From positions 1 through 58,414 of the forward strand of contig CAVUVW010000009.1 in the NCBI GenBank assembly GCA_963745035.1: a DNA stretch of 58,414 nucleotides. Reading direction: 5' to 3'. The notes below the pieces were generated by a model that had not been told where the DNA came from, did no database searches, and saw only the letters and a program-made list of their open reading frames with translations. The translations under genes were made by a program, and so were the position numbers. This DNA comes from an uncultured delta proteobacterium (GTDB lineage Bacteria > Desulfobacterota > Binatia > UBA9968). Positions 47,518 to 55,338 of this stretch are shown one piece after another. Each line of letters opens with the position of its first letter. Position 1 is the first letter of the stretch.

Positions 47518-48516
47518 CTAGAGCTTGAAGAGGCCCGCCGCGGTTTTGCCCAGTATGGCGGTCTTTTCATCGTTGGAGCACGGCGCCTGACGGACCATGT
47601 TGATCGACTCGATCAAATTAGCCGCTGTCTTGCATTCCAGCGGATAGTCGCTGCCGAACATGATGCGGTCGGGAGTCGTGATATTGAATGCCGCCGCCAT
47701 GGCCGGCAGCCACGCGCCGGTTCCGGCGGTGTCGAAGTAGAGGCGTTGAAAAAGTTTCTCGAAGCGTTCCGTCAGACCGAATTTTTTCTGCTCCGATTGC
47801 GTCTTGAGATAACCGCGCATATCGTTCGGAATATCCGCGTCTTCGGTTTCGAAGAATGCCATCATGCGCCCTTGAGCGACGGACGTGCCGCCGCCTAGGT
47901 GGGGCATGATGAAGCGCAACTCCGGGTAGCGCGGCAGCACGCTGTTCATCACGCGCACGATCGCCTGGGTGGTTTCCAATGGCCGAAACACGCAACGGTC
48001 GAGGTTGTAAAGAGTGTCGGAGCCTGTCGGCTTCGATTGCGGGTGAATAACGATCGGTAAATTGTTTTTCTGGATGACCTCGAAAAGCGGATTCATGACC
48101 GGATTGTCGAGCTGAACGTCGAGATGGCAGGCGAGCAGCGCGACGGCGCGCAAGCCAAGCTCGTTGATGCCTCGTTCGAGCTCGCGCTTTGCCGCCTCGG
48201 GCTCGTGCACCGGCAAGTGAATGCAACCGCGAAAGCGTTTGGGATGCTGCTTCTCGACCTCGGCGATGCCGTCGTTGAGCGCCTTGGCGACTTCAGCGCC
48301 CATCACCTGCACTTGATCGGTCAAGATGCAGATGTTGATGCCGGCTTCGTCCATGCACCGGAGGTGGGCGTCGAGATCTTTGCGCGAGGGATGAAGGGTC
48401 AAGCTGATCTCCTTGGTGACGATGCGCTTGTCGCCCGCCTGTTTGGCGAGGCGGTCGAATAATACCGGTGGCATGAAATGATGGTGAACATCGACGATTA
48501 GTTCGGCTGCGGCCAT
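47518..48516 (-). CDS. Amidohydrolase_2 family (ACMSD/aromatic decarboxylase-like)
   Basis: VDVHHH, MDEAGI, IVIHP, PHLGGG, YFDTA, IMFGSDYP. Confidence 0.92.
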   Translation of the reverse strand: MAAAELIVDVHHHFMPPVLFDRLAKQAGDKRIVTKEISLTLHPSRKDLDAHLRCMDEAGINICILTDQVQVMGAEVAKALNDGIAEVEKQHPKRFRGCIHLPVHEPEAAKRELERGINELGLRAVALLACHLDVQLDNPVMNPLFEVIQKNNLPIVIHPQSKPTGSDTLYNLDRCVFRPLETTQAIVRVMNSVLPRYPELRFIMPHLGGGTSVAQGRMMAFFETEDADIPNDMRGYLKTQSEQKKFGLTERFEKLFQRLYFDTAGTGAWLPAMAAAFNITTPDRIMFGSDYPLECKTAANLIESINMVRQAPCSNDEKTAILGKTAAGLFKL

Positions 48517-48598
48517 GATTCGCGGCGCTCCTTGTCCGGGAAATTTTGTGGATCAACCTACGTCAGGGCGCGTGCGACTTCAAGCCGCCCGCTGGCCA

Positions 48599-49306
48599 TC
48601 ATCGGCCCGACGACCTCGCGGGAAGAAGGTACGATGCGGCCAGCACAATCACGGGCATGAACGTCGCATGAACGAATAGATCCGCCGGCGTCCAGGCATA
48701 GCTCGCAAACCTCGGCGAGGCGCAGGTCGGGCAGATCCACATCAGCGGTCCGGCGAAATAAAAGGAGTTGTGCACGCCGCCGAAGATCGCGCGTTCGCCG
48801 AACAGGGCGATGCCGCCGCCGAGAGCAAAGGCGCAGGACACCATCCAGACGCGATCGACGGCGGCGTTGGAAAATCGAAAAAACATGCCGCCGAAGAAAA
48901 ACACGTAGAGGAAATACAGCAGCAGAACAAAATGAAACGGTTCGAAGGTGGTCTCGTGAAACACCGAGTGCAGGCCGAAGTTCTTGATGAGCTCGACTTG
49001 CTCCGGTCTGTCCCAGCGAAAGAAGAGCGCCTTCGAGCCGAAATCGATCAGCAGCACGCCGAGAAGAAGGCGGGCGTAGAGCTTGGCCTCGTGGGCGGCC
49101 GGCTTGCGCCATGAGCCCCTCACCTGAAAACCGCGCCACTTGGTAATCAGCAGCCAGAAGCACAACAAGACGCCGGACCAGATCAGCGCATCGTGAAAAC
49201 GACGGTGAAACGGCGCGCCCTCTTGGAGCGCGCCGGTGAGCCAAAGCGGCGCGAGAAGCGACAGCACGAGAACGAAGGAAAAATAGCGCTGCAGAGAAGC
49301 GATCAC
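48599..49306 (-). CDS. Divergent signal peptidase II (LspA)-like membrane protein
   Basis: [31 protein letters not shown], WTPAD align by eye with LspA motifs; see findings. Confidence 0.65.
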   Translation of the reverse strand: [235 protein letters not shown]

Positions 49307-49322
49307 GGAATCAAGCTCTGCC

Positions 49323-49979
49323 TCAGATCGGCGCGGCTTCGACGCCCTTCAGAACTTCCGGGGTCACGTCCTTCAACGACGAGCAAATCTTCGTCGCCTT
49401 GGAGAAGTCGTGATGGCGCGTATATTCGTTCGGCACGGCGATGCAGCGCATGCCGGCCCGATGCGCGGCCACGACTCCTTTTTCGGCGTCTTCGAAGACC
49501 AAGCATTGCGATGGAGGAACGCCGAGATCGCGCGCCGCCTTTAAAAAAATATCCGGCGCCGGCTTTACCCGCGCGACGTCAAGGCCGCTGACGACGACCT
49601 CGAAAAAGTGACCGATGGCGAGACCGGCCAGCACTCCGTCAATCGCATCGCGATAGGAGGAAGACGCCAGGGCGATCTTCACTTTTCCGCGAAGAAAATC
49701 GAGAAGCTCCAGTGCGCCTTCCATCGGCCGCAGCGACGAGGCGAGCAGGTCCAGGTAGTGCCTGGCTTTGCGCAGCCGGAGCGCGTCCGGATCCAGAGCC
49801 AGACCTCGAAGGTTCACCCAATCGACGATGCCGTTGCCGAAGCGCACCCAGTGCTCGGCGTAGTCGTCGTCCCGAAGCTCGACGCCATGCTCCGACAGCG
49901 CCATCTGGTACGCGCGGCAATGCAAACATTCCGTATCGGCCAAAAGGCCGTCCAGGTCGAAGATTACGGCGGAGATCAT
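49323..49979 (-). CDS. HAD-family phosphatase (beta-PGM/CbbY-like)
   Basis: IFDLDGLLADTE, ALASSS, KPAPDIF, VFEDAEKGV. Confidence 0.93.
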   Translation of the reverse strand: MISAVIFDLDGLLADTECLHCRAYQMALSEHGVELRDDDYAEHWVRFGNGIVDWVNLRGLALDPDALRLRKARHYLDLLASSLRPMEGALELLDFLRGKVKIALASSSYRDAIDGVLAGLAIGHFFEVVVSGLDVARVKPAPDIFLKAARDLGVPPSQCLVFEDAEKGVVAAHRAGMRCIAVPNEYTRHHDFSKATKICSSLKDVTPEVLKGVEAAPI

Positions 49980-50058
49980 GAGTCGCGAAGCGTTCTTGCT
50001 ATTCTATGCGACTTCGCCGCGATTTTCACGTGCGCCGCAGTTTGCTGTTTGCGGATCC

Positions 50059-50092
50059 AAAAAAAGGCCCGAGCTCTTTGCGAGCCGGGCCT
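50059..50092 (-). terminator. Rho-independent terminator after the Spy/CpxP gene
   Basis: Minus strand AGGCCCGGCTC-GCAAA-GAGCTCGGGCCT followed by a T-run. Confidence 0.75.
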
Positions 50093-50119
50093 CTTCCGGG
50101 GCGATGGGAGTTGCGCGGT

Positions 50120-50635
50120 CTAGGAAGCCTGAGGCGGCTGCCTACGAAAACGCTCGAACCGGGAGCGTACCAGAGTCTTGAGCTGATCCTGTTGCTCCGC
50201 GGTCAACACCGACTTGCCGTTCTCCAGGGCTTCGATGCGCAGGTAGCGCAGCTCGGAGCGGTATTTTTCGCTTTCCTGGATCTTTGTCTTGATCTGGATC
50301 AAGTTGGCCGGCGACTGCTGCGCCATCGCGGCGACGTCCTTTTCGATGGCCGCCAATTGCTGGTGCAGCGGCGCGACTTGGCTCTGATAGTGGTTTCTGA
50401 TCTTCTCCAAATTGGCCGTTTGCTCGCCCGTCAGGTTGAGCTCGCTCTTGTGCTTCAGCGCGATGGTGATCAGCGGCGCTCCGGCGAGACCGCCATGCAT
50501 CCGCGCGCCCCGGCTAAAATTTTTCTTGCCTGCCACGGCGCCGTCCTGGCCTGAAACCGGTGGAACGTTGGCCGCCATCATCGCCGCCACGGCGAAGGCC
50601 GCGCCGGCCAAGGTGAATTTGCGTATTCGACTCAT
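50120..50635 (-). CDS. Spy/CpxP-family periplasmic chaperone-like protein
   Basis: Signal peptide; two LTxxQ motifs (LNLTGEQ, VLTAEQ). Confidence 0.85.
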   Translation of the reverse strand: MSRIRKFTLAGAAFAVAAMMAANVPPVSGQDGAVAGKKNFSRGARMHGGLAGAPLITIALKHKSELNLTGEQTANLEKIRNHYQSQVAPLHQQLAAIEKDVAAMAQQSPANLIQIKTKIQESEKYRSELRYLRIEALENGKSVLTAEQQDQLKTLVRSRFERFRRQPPQAS

Positions 50636-50665
50636 GGACCCTCCTAAGGTCTGTAGATTTTACCC

Positions 50666-50694
50666 TTAGACGGTTGCCGGAGAAAAAACGTTTA
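50666..50694 (-). promoter_or_regulatory. Putative ECF-sigma promoter
   Basis: TAAACG-N17-GTCTAA about 30 nt upstream of the Spy/CpxP ATG. Confidence 0.55.
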
Positions 50695-50874
50695 CCGGCG
50701 TCGGTCGGGCGGCTTCGGGCCGGCGCCGTCAAGAGGCGGCTTGAGAGATCAGCGAAAAAAGGAACATCGCGATCTTGCGCATCTTTTGCCGCAGGAAGGC
50801 GAGCACGTTGGCGCGCACTTTGGCCGGTATGTCGCGCGCGCTGACCGCGCCGAGAGAAATAGTTTTCGGTAGGT

Positions 50875-51006
50875 ATGAAGAAAACTCATGCAGTCCGGAC
50901 AAATCTTGTGATTCACGGCAAGAAGGGCGCTGCGGAAATTCTCGGCATCAACCCGAGCACCCTGCGCTCGCGCATGGAGAAACTCGGAATCAAAAAGACG
51001 GGGTAA
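50875..51006 (+). pseudogene. Isolated Fis-type HTH (C-terminus of a sigma-54 activator), 43 aa; relic or mini-protein
   Basis: MKKTHAVRTNLVIHGKKGAAEILGINPSTLRSRMEKLGIKKTG*. Confidence 0.65.
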
Positions 51007-51016
51007 GGTTGGCGGA

Positions 51017-51110
51017 GTTCAAGCCGTTCAAAACGTTCAACCGCTTTCGCTCCGTTCAATCCCCCTTCTACATCTTCCCCCGTGTCACGGGGGAAGATGA
51101 TGGGGTTGGG
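51017..51110. repeat. GTTCAA repeats followed by a strong CCCCCG/CGGGGG hairpin
   Basis: Four GTTCAA units then CATCTTCCCCCGTGTCACGGGGGAAGATG; a degenerate equivalent lies at 8458-8511. Confidence 0.75.
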
Positions 51111-51121
51111 ACATGGTTGGG

Positions 51122-51772
51122 CTACTCGGTCGTCTCAGCGTTCTTGGCGGCGATGAGCGACGTTGCGGATCTGGAGCGAGTCGCGAACTTTGCCCGGCGA
51201 TCTTGACGCCACTTTACTACGAGCCGAAAGCCGAGCAGCAGCGCCAGCACGGCGCCGTACTGCGCTGGACGGCTGATGTCGGCTTTGACGAGCCAATAAA
51301 AATGAATCACGCCGGCGATGGCGGCGAGATAGACGAGCCGGTGAAGCTGCTGCCAACGCTTGCCCAGCCGGCGGATCATTCCCGCGGTCGACGTGGCCGC
51401 CAACGGCACCATAATCACGAAGGCGAAAAAACCCACGGTGATGTACGGCCGTTTGATGATGTCCTTGCCGATGGCGCTGAAGTCGAAGAAGAGATCGAGG
51501 CCGATGTAAGTGGCGAAGTGCAGCGACGCGTAGAAAAACGCGAAGAGTCCGAACATGCGGCGAAATTTAATCAGCTCATTCCAGCCGGTGATGCGGCGCA
51601 GCGGCGTAACGGAGAGACTCGCGATTAAAATGATCAGCGCCCAGGAGCCGGTAAATCGAGTGATGAACTCGATCGGATTGACACCCAAGTCGTCGGTATA
51701 CGCGCCGTACGCAAGTTGAATCGCCGGAATGAGGCAGAGGAGGAAAACGAGGCGTTTGAGCCAGATGGTCAT
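51122..51772 (-). CDS. msrQ: Methionine sulfoxide reductase heme-binding subunit
   Basis: RRMFGLFAFFYASLH, KRPYITVG, PLAATS, WQQLHRLVY, IHFYW. Confidence 0.95.
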   Translation of the reverse strand: MTIWLKRLVFLLCLIPAIQLAYGAYTDDLGVNPIEFITRFTGSWALIILIASLSVTPLRRITGWNELIKFRRMFGLFAFFYASLHFATYIGLDLFFDFSAIGKDIIKRPYITVGFFAFVIMVPLAATSTAGMIRRLGKRWQQLHRLVYLAAIAGVIHFYWLVKADISRPAQYGAVLALLLGFRLVVKWRQDRRAKFATRSRSATSLIAAKNAETTE

Positions 51773-51779
51773 GACGCAG

Positions 51780-51872
51780 AATGGATAATGGATAATTGAG
51801 AATTGACAGTTAAAAGCTAAAAAAGCAGTGGTTGGTGTTCCAATTGTCCATTCTCAGTGTCAATTATCCATT
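51780..51872. repeat. Heptamer-periodic AT-rich inverted repeat between msrP and msrQ
   Basis: AATGGAT AATGGAT AATTGAG AATTGAC ... GTCCATT CTCAGT GTCAATT ATCCATT. Confidence 0.85.
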
Positions 51873-51876
51873 AACT

Positions 51877-52845
51877 TCAGTAGAATTTTTTCAGATCCAT
51901 TCCCTTATACAGACTCGCCACCTGCTCGCCGTAGCCGTTGAACATCAATGTTTTGCGGCGCAGGAATTCGCCGATGCGCCGCTCGGTTGCCTGGCTCCAG
52001 CGCGGATGATCGACTTCCGGATTTACGTTGGAATAAAAGCCGTACTCCTGAGGCTGCATCTTGTTCCACGAGCTTGGCGGTTGGGTTTCGGTAAAGCTAA
52101 TTTTGACGATCGATTTGATGCTCTTAAAGCCGTACTTCCACGGCACCACCAGGCGCACCGGGGCGCCGTTTTGCGCCGGCAGAACTTCGCCGTAAAGGCC
52201 GACCGAGAGGATCGTCAGCGGATGCATGGCTTCGTCCATGCGCAGCCCTTCGACGTACGGCCAATCGATGACGTTGCCGAAGAGGCCCGGCTTTTGGCCC
52301 GGCATGCGCTTGGGATCGACCAGAGTGACGAAGTGAACAAACTTGGCGTTGTTCGTGGGCTCGGCCAGTTTGATGAGCGCGCTCAACGGAAAGCCGACCC
52401 AAGGAATGACCATCGACCAGGCTTCGACGCAGCGCAGACGATAGACGCGCTCTTCGAGCGGACTGAGTTTCATGATCGCGTCGATGTCGTAAGTCTTGGG
52501 CTTCTTGACTTCGCCTTCGACGGCGACGGTCCACGGGCGCGTAGTCAAATACTTGGCGTTTTGCGCCGGGTCGCCTTTGTCGACGCCGAGCTCGTAGAAG
52601 TTATTGTACGAGGTGATGTCTTTGAATGAATTCTGCTTCTCGTCGGTGCCGTAGGGCCCTTTCTTGACGTTGGACAGCTTTTCGCCGGCCTGGGCTCCAT
52701 GCGCAACGGCGTCGATGCCGGCGAGCGCGGCGCCGGCCGACAGCGCAGCGGCCGATGCGCCCGCGATGAACTGGCGACGGTTCATGTACAGGTCTCTCGG
52801 CGTGATCTCGGACGATTTGATATCCGCGGCTCTTTTGATCAGCAT
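51877..52845 (-). CDS. msrP: Periplasmic methionine sulfoxide reductase Mo catalytic subunit
   Basis: Tat motif [46 protein letters not shown]. Confidence 0.97.
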   Translation of the reverse strand: MLIKRAADIKSSEITPRDLYMNRRQFIAGASAAALSAGAALAGIDAVAHGAQAGEKLSNVKKGPYGTDEKQNSFKDITSYNNFYELGVDKGDPAQNAKYLTTRPWTVAVEGEVKKPKTYDIDAIMKLSPLEERVYRLRCVEAWSMVIPWVGFPLSALIKLAEPTNNAKFVHFVTLVDPKRMPGQKPGLFGNVIDWPYVEGLRMDEAMHPLTILSVGLYGEVLPAQNGAPVRLVVPWKYGFKSIKSIVKISFTETQPPSSWNKMQPQEYGFYSNVNPEVDHPRWSQATERRIGEFLRRKTLMFNGYGEQVASLYKGMDLKKFY

Positions 52846-53035
52846 GGATGGCTGTCCTCCTCGTTATCGAGCATGTTTGCCGACAAAAGAGGCAGTGTCA
52901 AACTACGTCGGCGAGCGGTCCTTTTAGCATAGCGGCTCCTTCCAACGATACGGCTGTAGCGAACTATGCCTTGTCTGTCCATGAGCACAACAGTCGTCGG
53001 GGTTGTCCCAACCGTCGCCGGCGCGTAAACATCCG

Positions 53036-53064
53036 TTAGATGGATCACGAAACAGTTTGGTTGC
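53036..53064 (-). promoter_or_regulatory. Putative ECF-sigma promoter upstream of msrP
   Basis: GCAACC-N17-ATCTAA. Confidence 0.45.
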
Positions 53065-53142
53065 GCTTCCGACTTTGTAGCCAAAACGGACGGAGTCGAG
53101 AACAAGTTCCCGAAATCCGCGTTTTTTCGCCGAGGGGTCTGT

Positions 53143-53346
53143 CTAATGGACGAGCTGGGAAGGGGAAAGATTTTCGAATTCTTTATTAAGATCGAGCGGG
53201 TTGGAGGTTTTCTTGAGGATCTCGACCAGGGCAAGCTGGGCGATGTTGTAGGCTTCGACGTCGTTGTTGGAATATTCAAACGCGACCTCGCTTGCCGCCG
53301 CGATCAAGTCGCCTAAAGTCGTCTCGATATTGTGTTTCCTTTTCAT
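53143..53346 (-). CDS. Small hypothetical protein (67 aa)
   Basis: GAGGAG RBS; ETTLGDLIAAASEVAFEYS..EAYNIAQLALVEILKK. Confidence 0.7.
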   Translation of the reverse strand: MKRKHNIETTLGDLIAAASEVAFEYSNNDVEAYNIAQLALVEILKKTSNPLDLNKEFENLSPSQLVH

Positions 53347-53403
53347 GTTGTTTAGCCGGCTCCTCTCGCTTGGCCGCCGCCGATTGGCGCGCCTTCTGAC
53401 TGA

Positions 53404-53431
53404 TTAGACGTACGGCGGGAGGAAAAGTTGT
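53404..53431 (-). promoter_or_regulatory. Putative ECF (sigmaE-like) promoter
   Basis: ACAACT-N16-GTCTAA, i.e. CAACTT-N16-TCTAA, close to the RpoE consensus GAACTT-N16-TCTRA. Confidence 0.6.
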
Positions 53432-53464
53432 ACCGATCTTTGGCCAAAAACGGCTGGAACGAGC

Positions 53465-54226
53465 TCAATCTCCGGCCCGCAGCTCGGAGGCTTTTTCCGC
53501 CGCTTTATGAAAGAGCGGCGCTTGTCGGAGGCGGCGGTATTCCTCGTCTTGCAGATATCCGACTCTAGCCAAGCGGGTCAAAATCCGGTTTCGCCGGTTG
53601 AGCAGACTGGGCTCTTTAGCGCTGCGCGGGCTCGGCAGCATGGCGGCCAGAGTGGCCGATTCGAGTGGATCCAAGGCCGAGGCCGGCTTGCCAAAGTAGT
53701 AGCGCGCCGCCGCTTCCGCGCCGTACACGTTTCTGCCCCACTCGACGACGTTCAGATAAAGCTCGAAGATGCGCTGCTTGGAAAGCGTTTGTTCAAGTTG
53801 GCGGGCGATCACCATTTCCTTCAGCTTCCGCAGCGGATTTTTGGCGGGACTCAAGTAAAGATTTCTCGCGAGCTGCATGGTGATCGTGCTGCCGCCGCGG
53901 CTGAAGCTCAGCGTCTCCCAAACCTTCTTCAACGCGGCTTGAAGCTCGTTCACGTCGATGCCTCGGTGGCTGAAGAACGCCGCGTCTTCGCTGATGAGAA
54001 TCGCTTTTTTCAAGTGCTCGGAAACCGCGGCGTAGGAAATCCAGATTTGCCGGCGCGGCGCTCGCTCGCCCTTTTTGCCGTACTCCTCCTCGCGCAGCTC
54101 CATCAACGCCGTGGTCCTGGGATTTCTCTGCTTGAGCGGCGCGATATCGGGCAGCGAAAGATAGAAATAATACGCCGCCGCGACCAGGAGAGTCAGCAAC
54201 GCGCTGCTAACGAGGAGCTTCTTCAT
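53465..54226 (-). CDS. mtgA: Monofunctional peptidoglycan transglycosylase
   Basis: SEDAAFFSHRG, GGSTITMQLARNLYL, RKLKE, KQRIFELYLNVVEWG. Confidence 0.93.
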   Translation of the reverse strand: MKKLLVSSALLTLLVAAAYYFYLSLPDIAPLKQRNPRTTALMELREEEYGKKGERAPRRQIWISYAAVSEHLKKAILISEDAAFFSHRGIDVNELQAALKKVWETLSFSRGGSTITMQLARNLYLSPAKNPLRKLKEMVIARQLEQTLSKQRIFELYLNVVEWGRNVYGAEAAARYYFGKPASALDPLESATLAAMLPSPRSAKEPSLLNRRNRILTRLARVGYLQDEEYRRLRQAPLFHKAAEKASELRAGD

Positions 54227-55262
54227 GGGTGAAAAGAAACCGGCCGGCCTTCGCCGTCATCGAGGAAGTCGCTTGCGCGCCGAGCTTCTCGCGCTCGACC
54301 CAGCGCCAGCGCGCGCTCGGCAGCTTGCATGCGTTTTTGCCGGCGAGATCGAAGAGATAAAGCGGCGCGCGGATGCGCCGGTGGGTAATCGCGTGGCGCA
54401 TTATGCCGAGTTTTTTCGGTTGCGGGAGCGCGCCGAGAGCTTGCAGTTGGCGGCGCAGCAAGGCGGCGACCGGCTCGCGAAAATTCATTTCTCCGCCGGG
54501 CAGCTCCCAGAGACTGCCGAGCAAGCCGCCGGCGCCGCGCCGGCGAAGGAGGATTTTATCGTCCCGCCGGACGATCGCGAGCGGCCAGACGACGGTTTTA
54601 AATTTGGCTTGTCTACGGCGCGCAGACGGGGCGCGCGCGCGCGTTCGGCCGGCGCAGAGCGAACGCAGCGCGCAGGCGGCGCAGCGCGGATTTTTCGGTG
54701 TGCAGACCGTGGCGCCGAGCTCCATGATCGCCTGGTTGAATTCGCCGGGACGCCCGGCCGGAACGATCTCGGCGGCGAGCGCATGCACGCGGCGCTCGTT
54801 GGCGTTGCCGAGCAGCCGGCCGAGCACCCGCCGAACGTTGCCGTCGATCGCCGGGTATGGTTTTCCGAAGGCGATGCTCAGCAGCGCGCCGGCGGTGTAA
54901 TCGCCAATGCCGGCCAAGGCCCGCAGCTCGACGAAATCTTGCGGTATGACTCCGCCGTGCCGGCGCATGATCTGCCGAGCCGCTTGCCGCAAGTTTTCCG
55001 CGCGCCGATAGTAACCCAGACCCGACCAAAGGCGCAGCACTTTAGACAAACGCGCGCGCGCCAGCGCATCGATGCTCGGAAACTCCTCTAGGAATCTCTC
55101 ATAGTACGGAACCACCACGGCGACCCGCGTTTGCTGCAGCATGGTCTCGGAGATCCAGATCGCGTAGGGATCCCGCGTCCGCCGCCAGGGCAGATCGCGT
55201 TTGTTGGTTTGATACCAGCGGAGAAGTTTGCGGCGGAGAGCGGAGCGGAGGTTGGGCGCCAT
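54207..55262 (-). CDS. mutY: A/G-specific adenine glycosylase
   Basis: RDLPWR, SETMLQQT, WSGLGYY, GIGDYTAGA, DGNV, Fe-S motif CTPKNPRCAACALRSLC. Confidence 0.96.
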   Translation of the reverse strand: MAPNLRSALRRKLLRWYQTNKRDLPWRRTRDPYAIWISETMLQQTRVAVVVPYYERFLEEFPSIDALARARLSKVLRLWSGLGYYRRAENLRQAARQIMRRHGGVIPQDFVELRALAGIGDYTAGALLSIAFGKPYPAIDGNVRRVLGRLLGNANERRVHALAAEIVPAGRPGEFNQAIMELGATVCTPKNPRCAACALRSLCAGRTRARAPSARRRQAKFKTVVWPLAIVRRDDKILLRRRGAGGLLGSLWELPGGEMNFREPVAALLRRQLQALGALPQPKKLGIMRHAITHRRIRAPLYLFDLAGKNACKLPSARWRWVEREKLGAQATSSMTAKAGRFLFTHEEAPR

Positions 55263-55338
55263 GAATGCAGCGAATCGAGTTTTCAGTTATAAGGCACTGT
55301 AGTCGAAATCATCGCCGAAGGAAATCAACCGCGAGATC

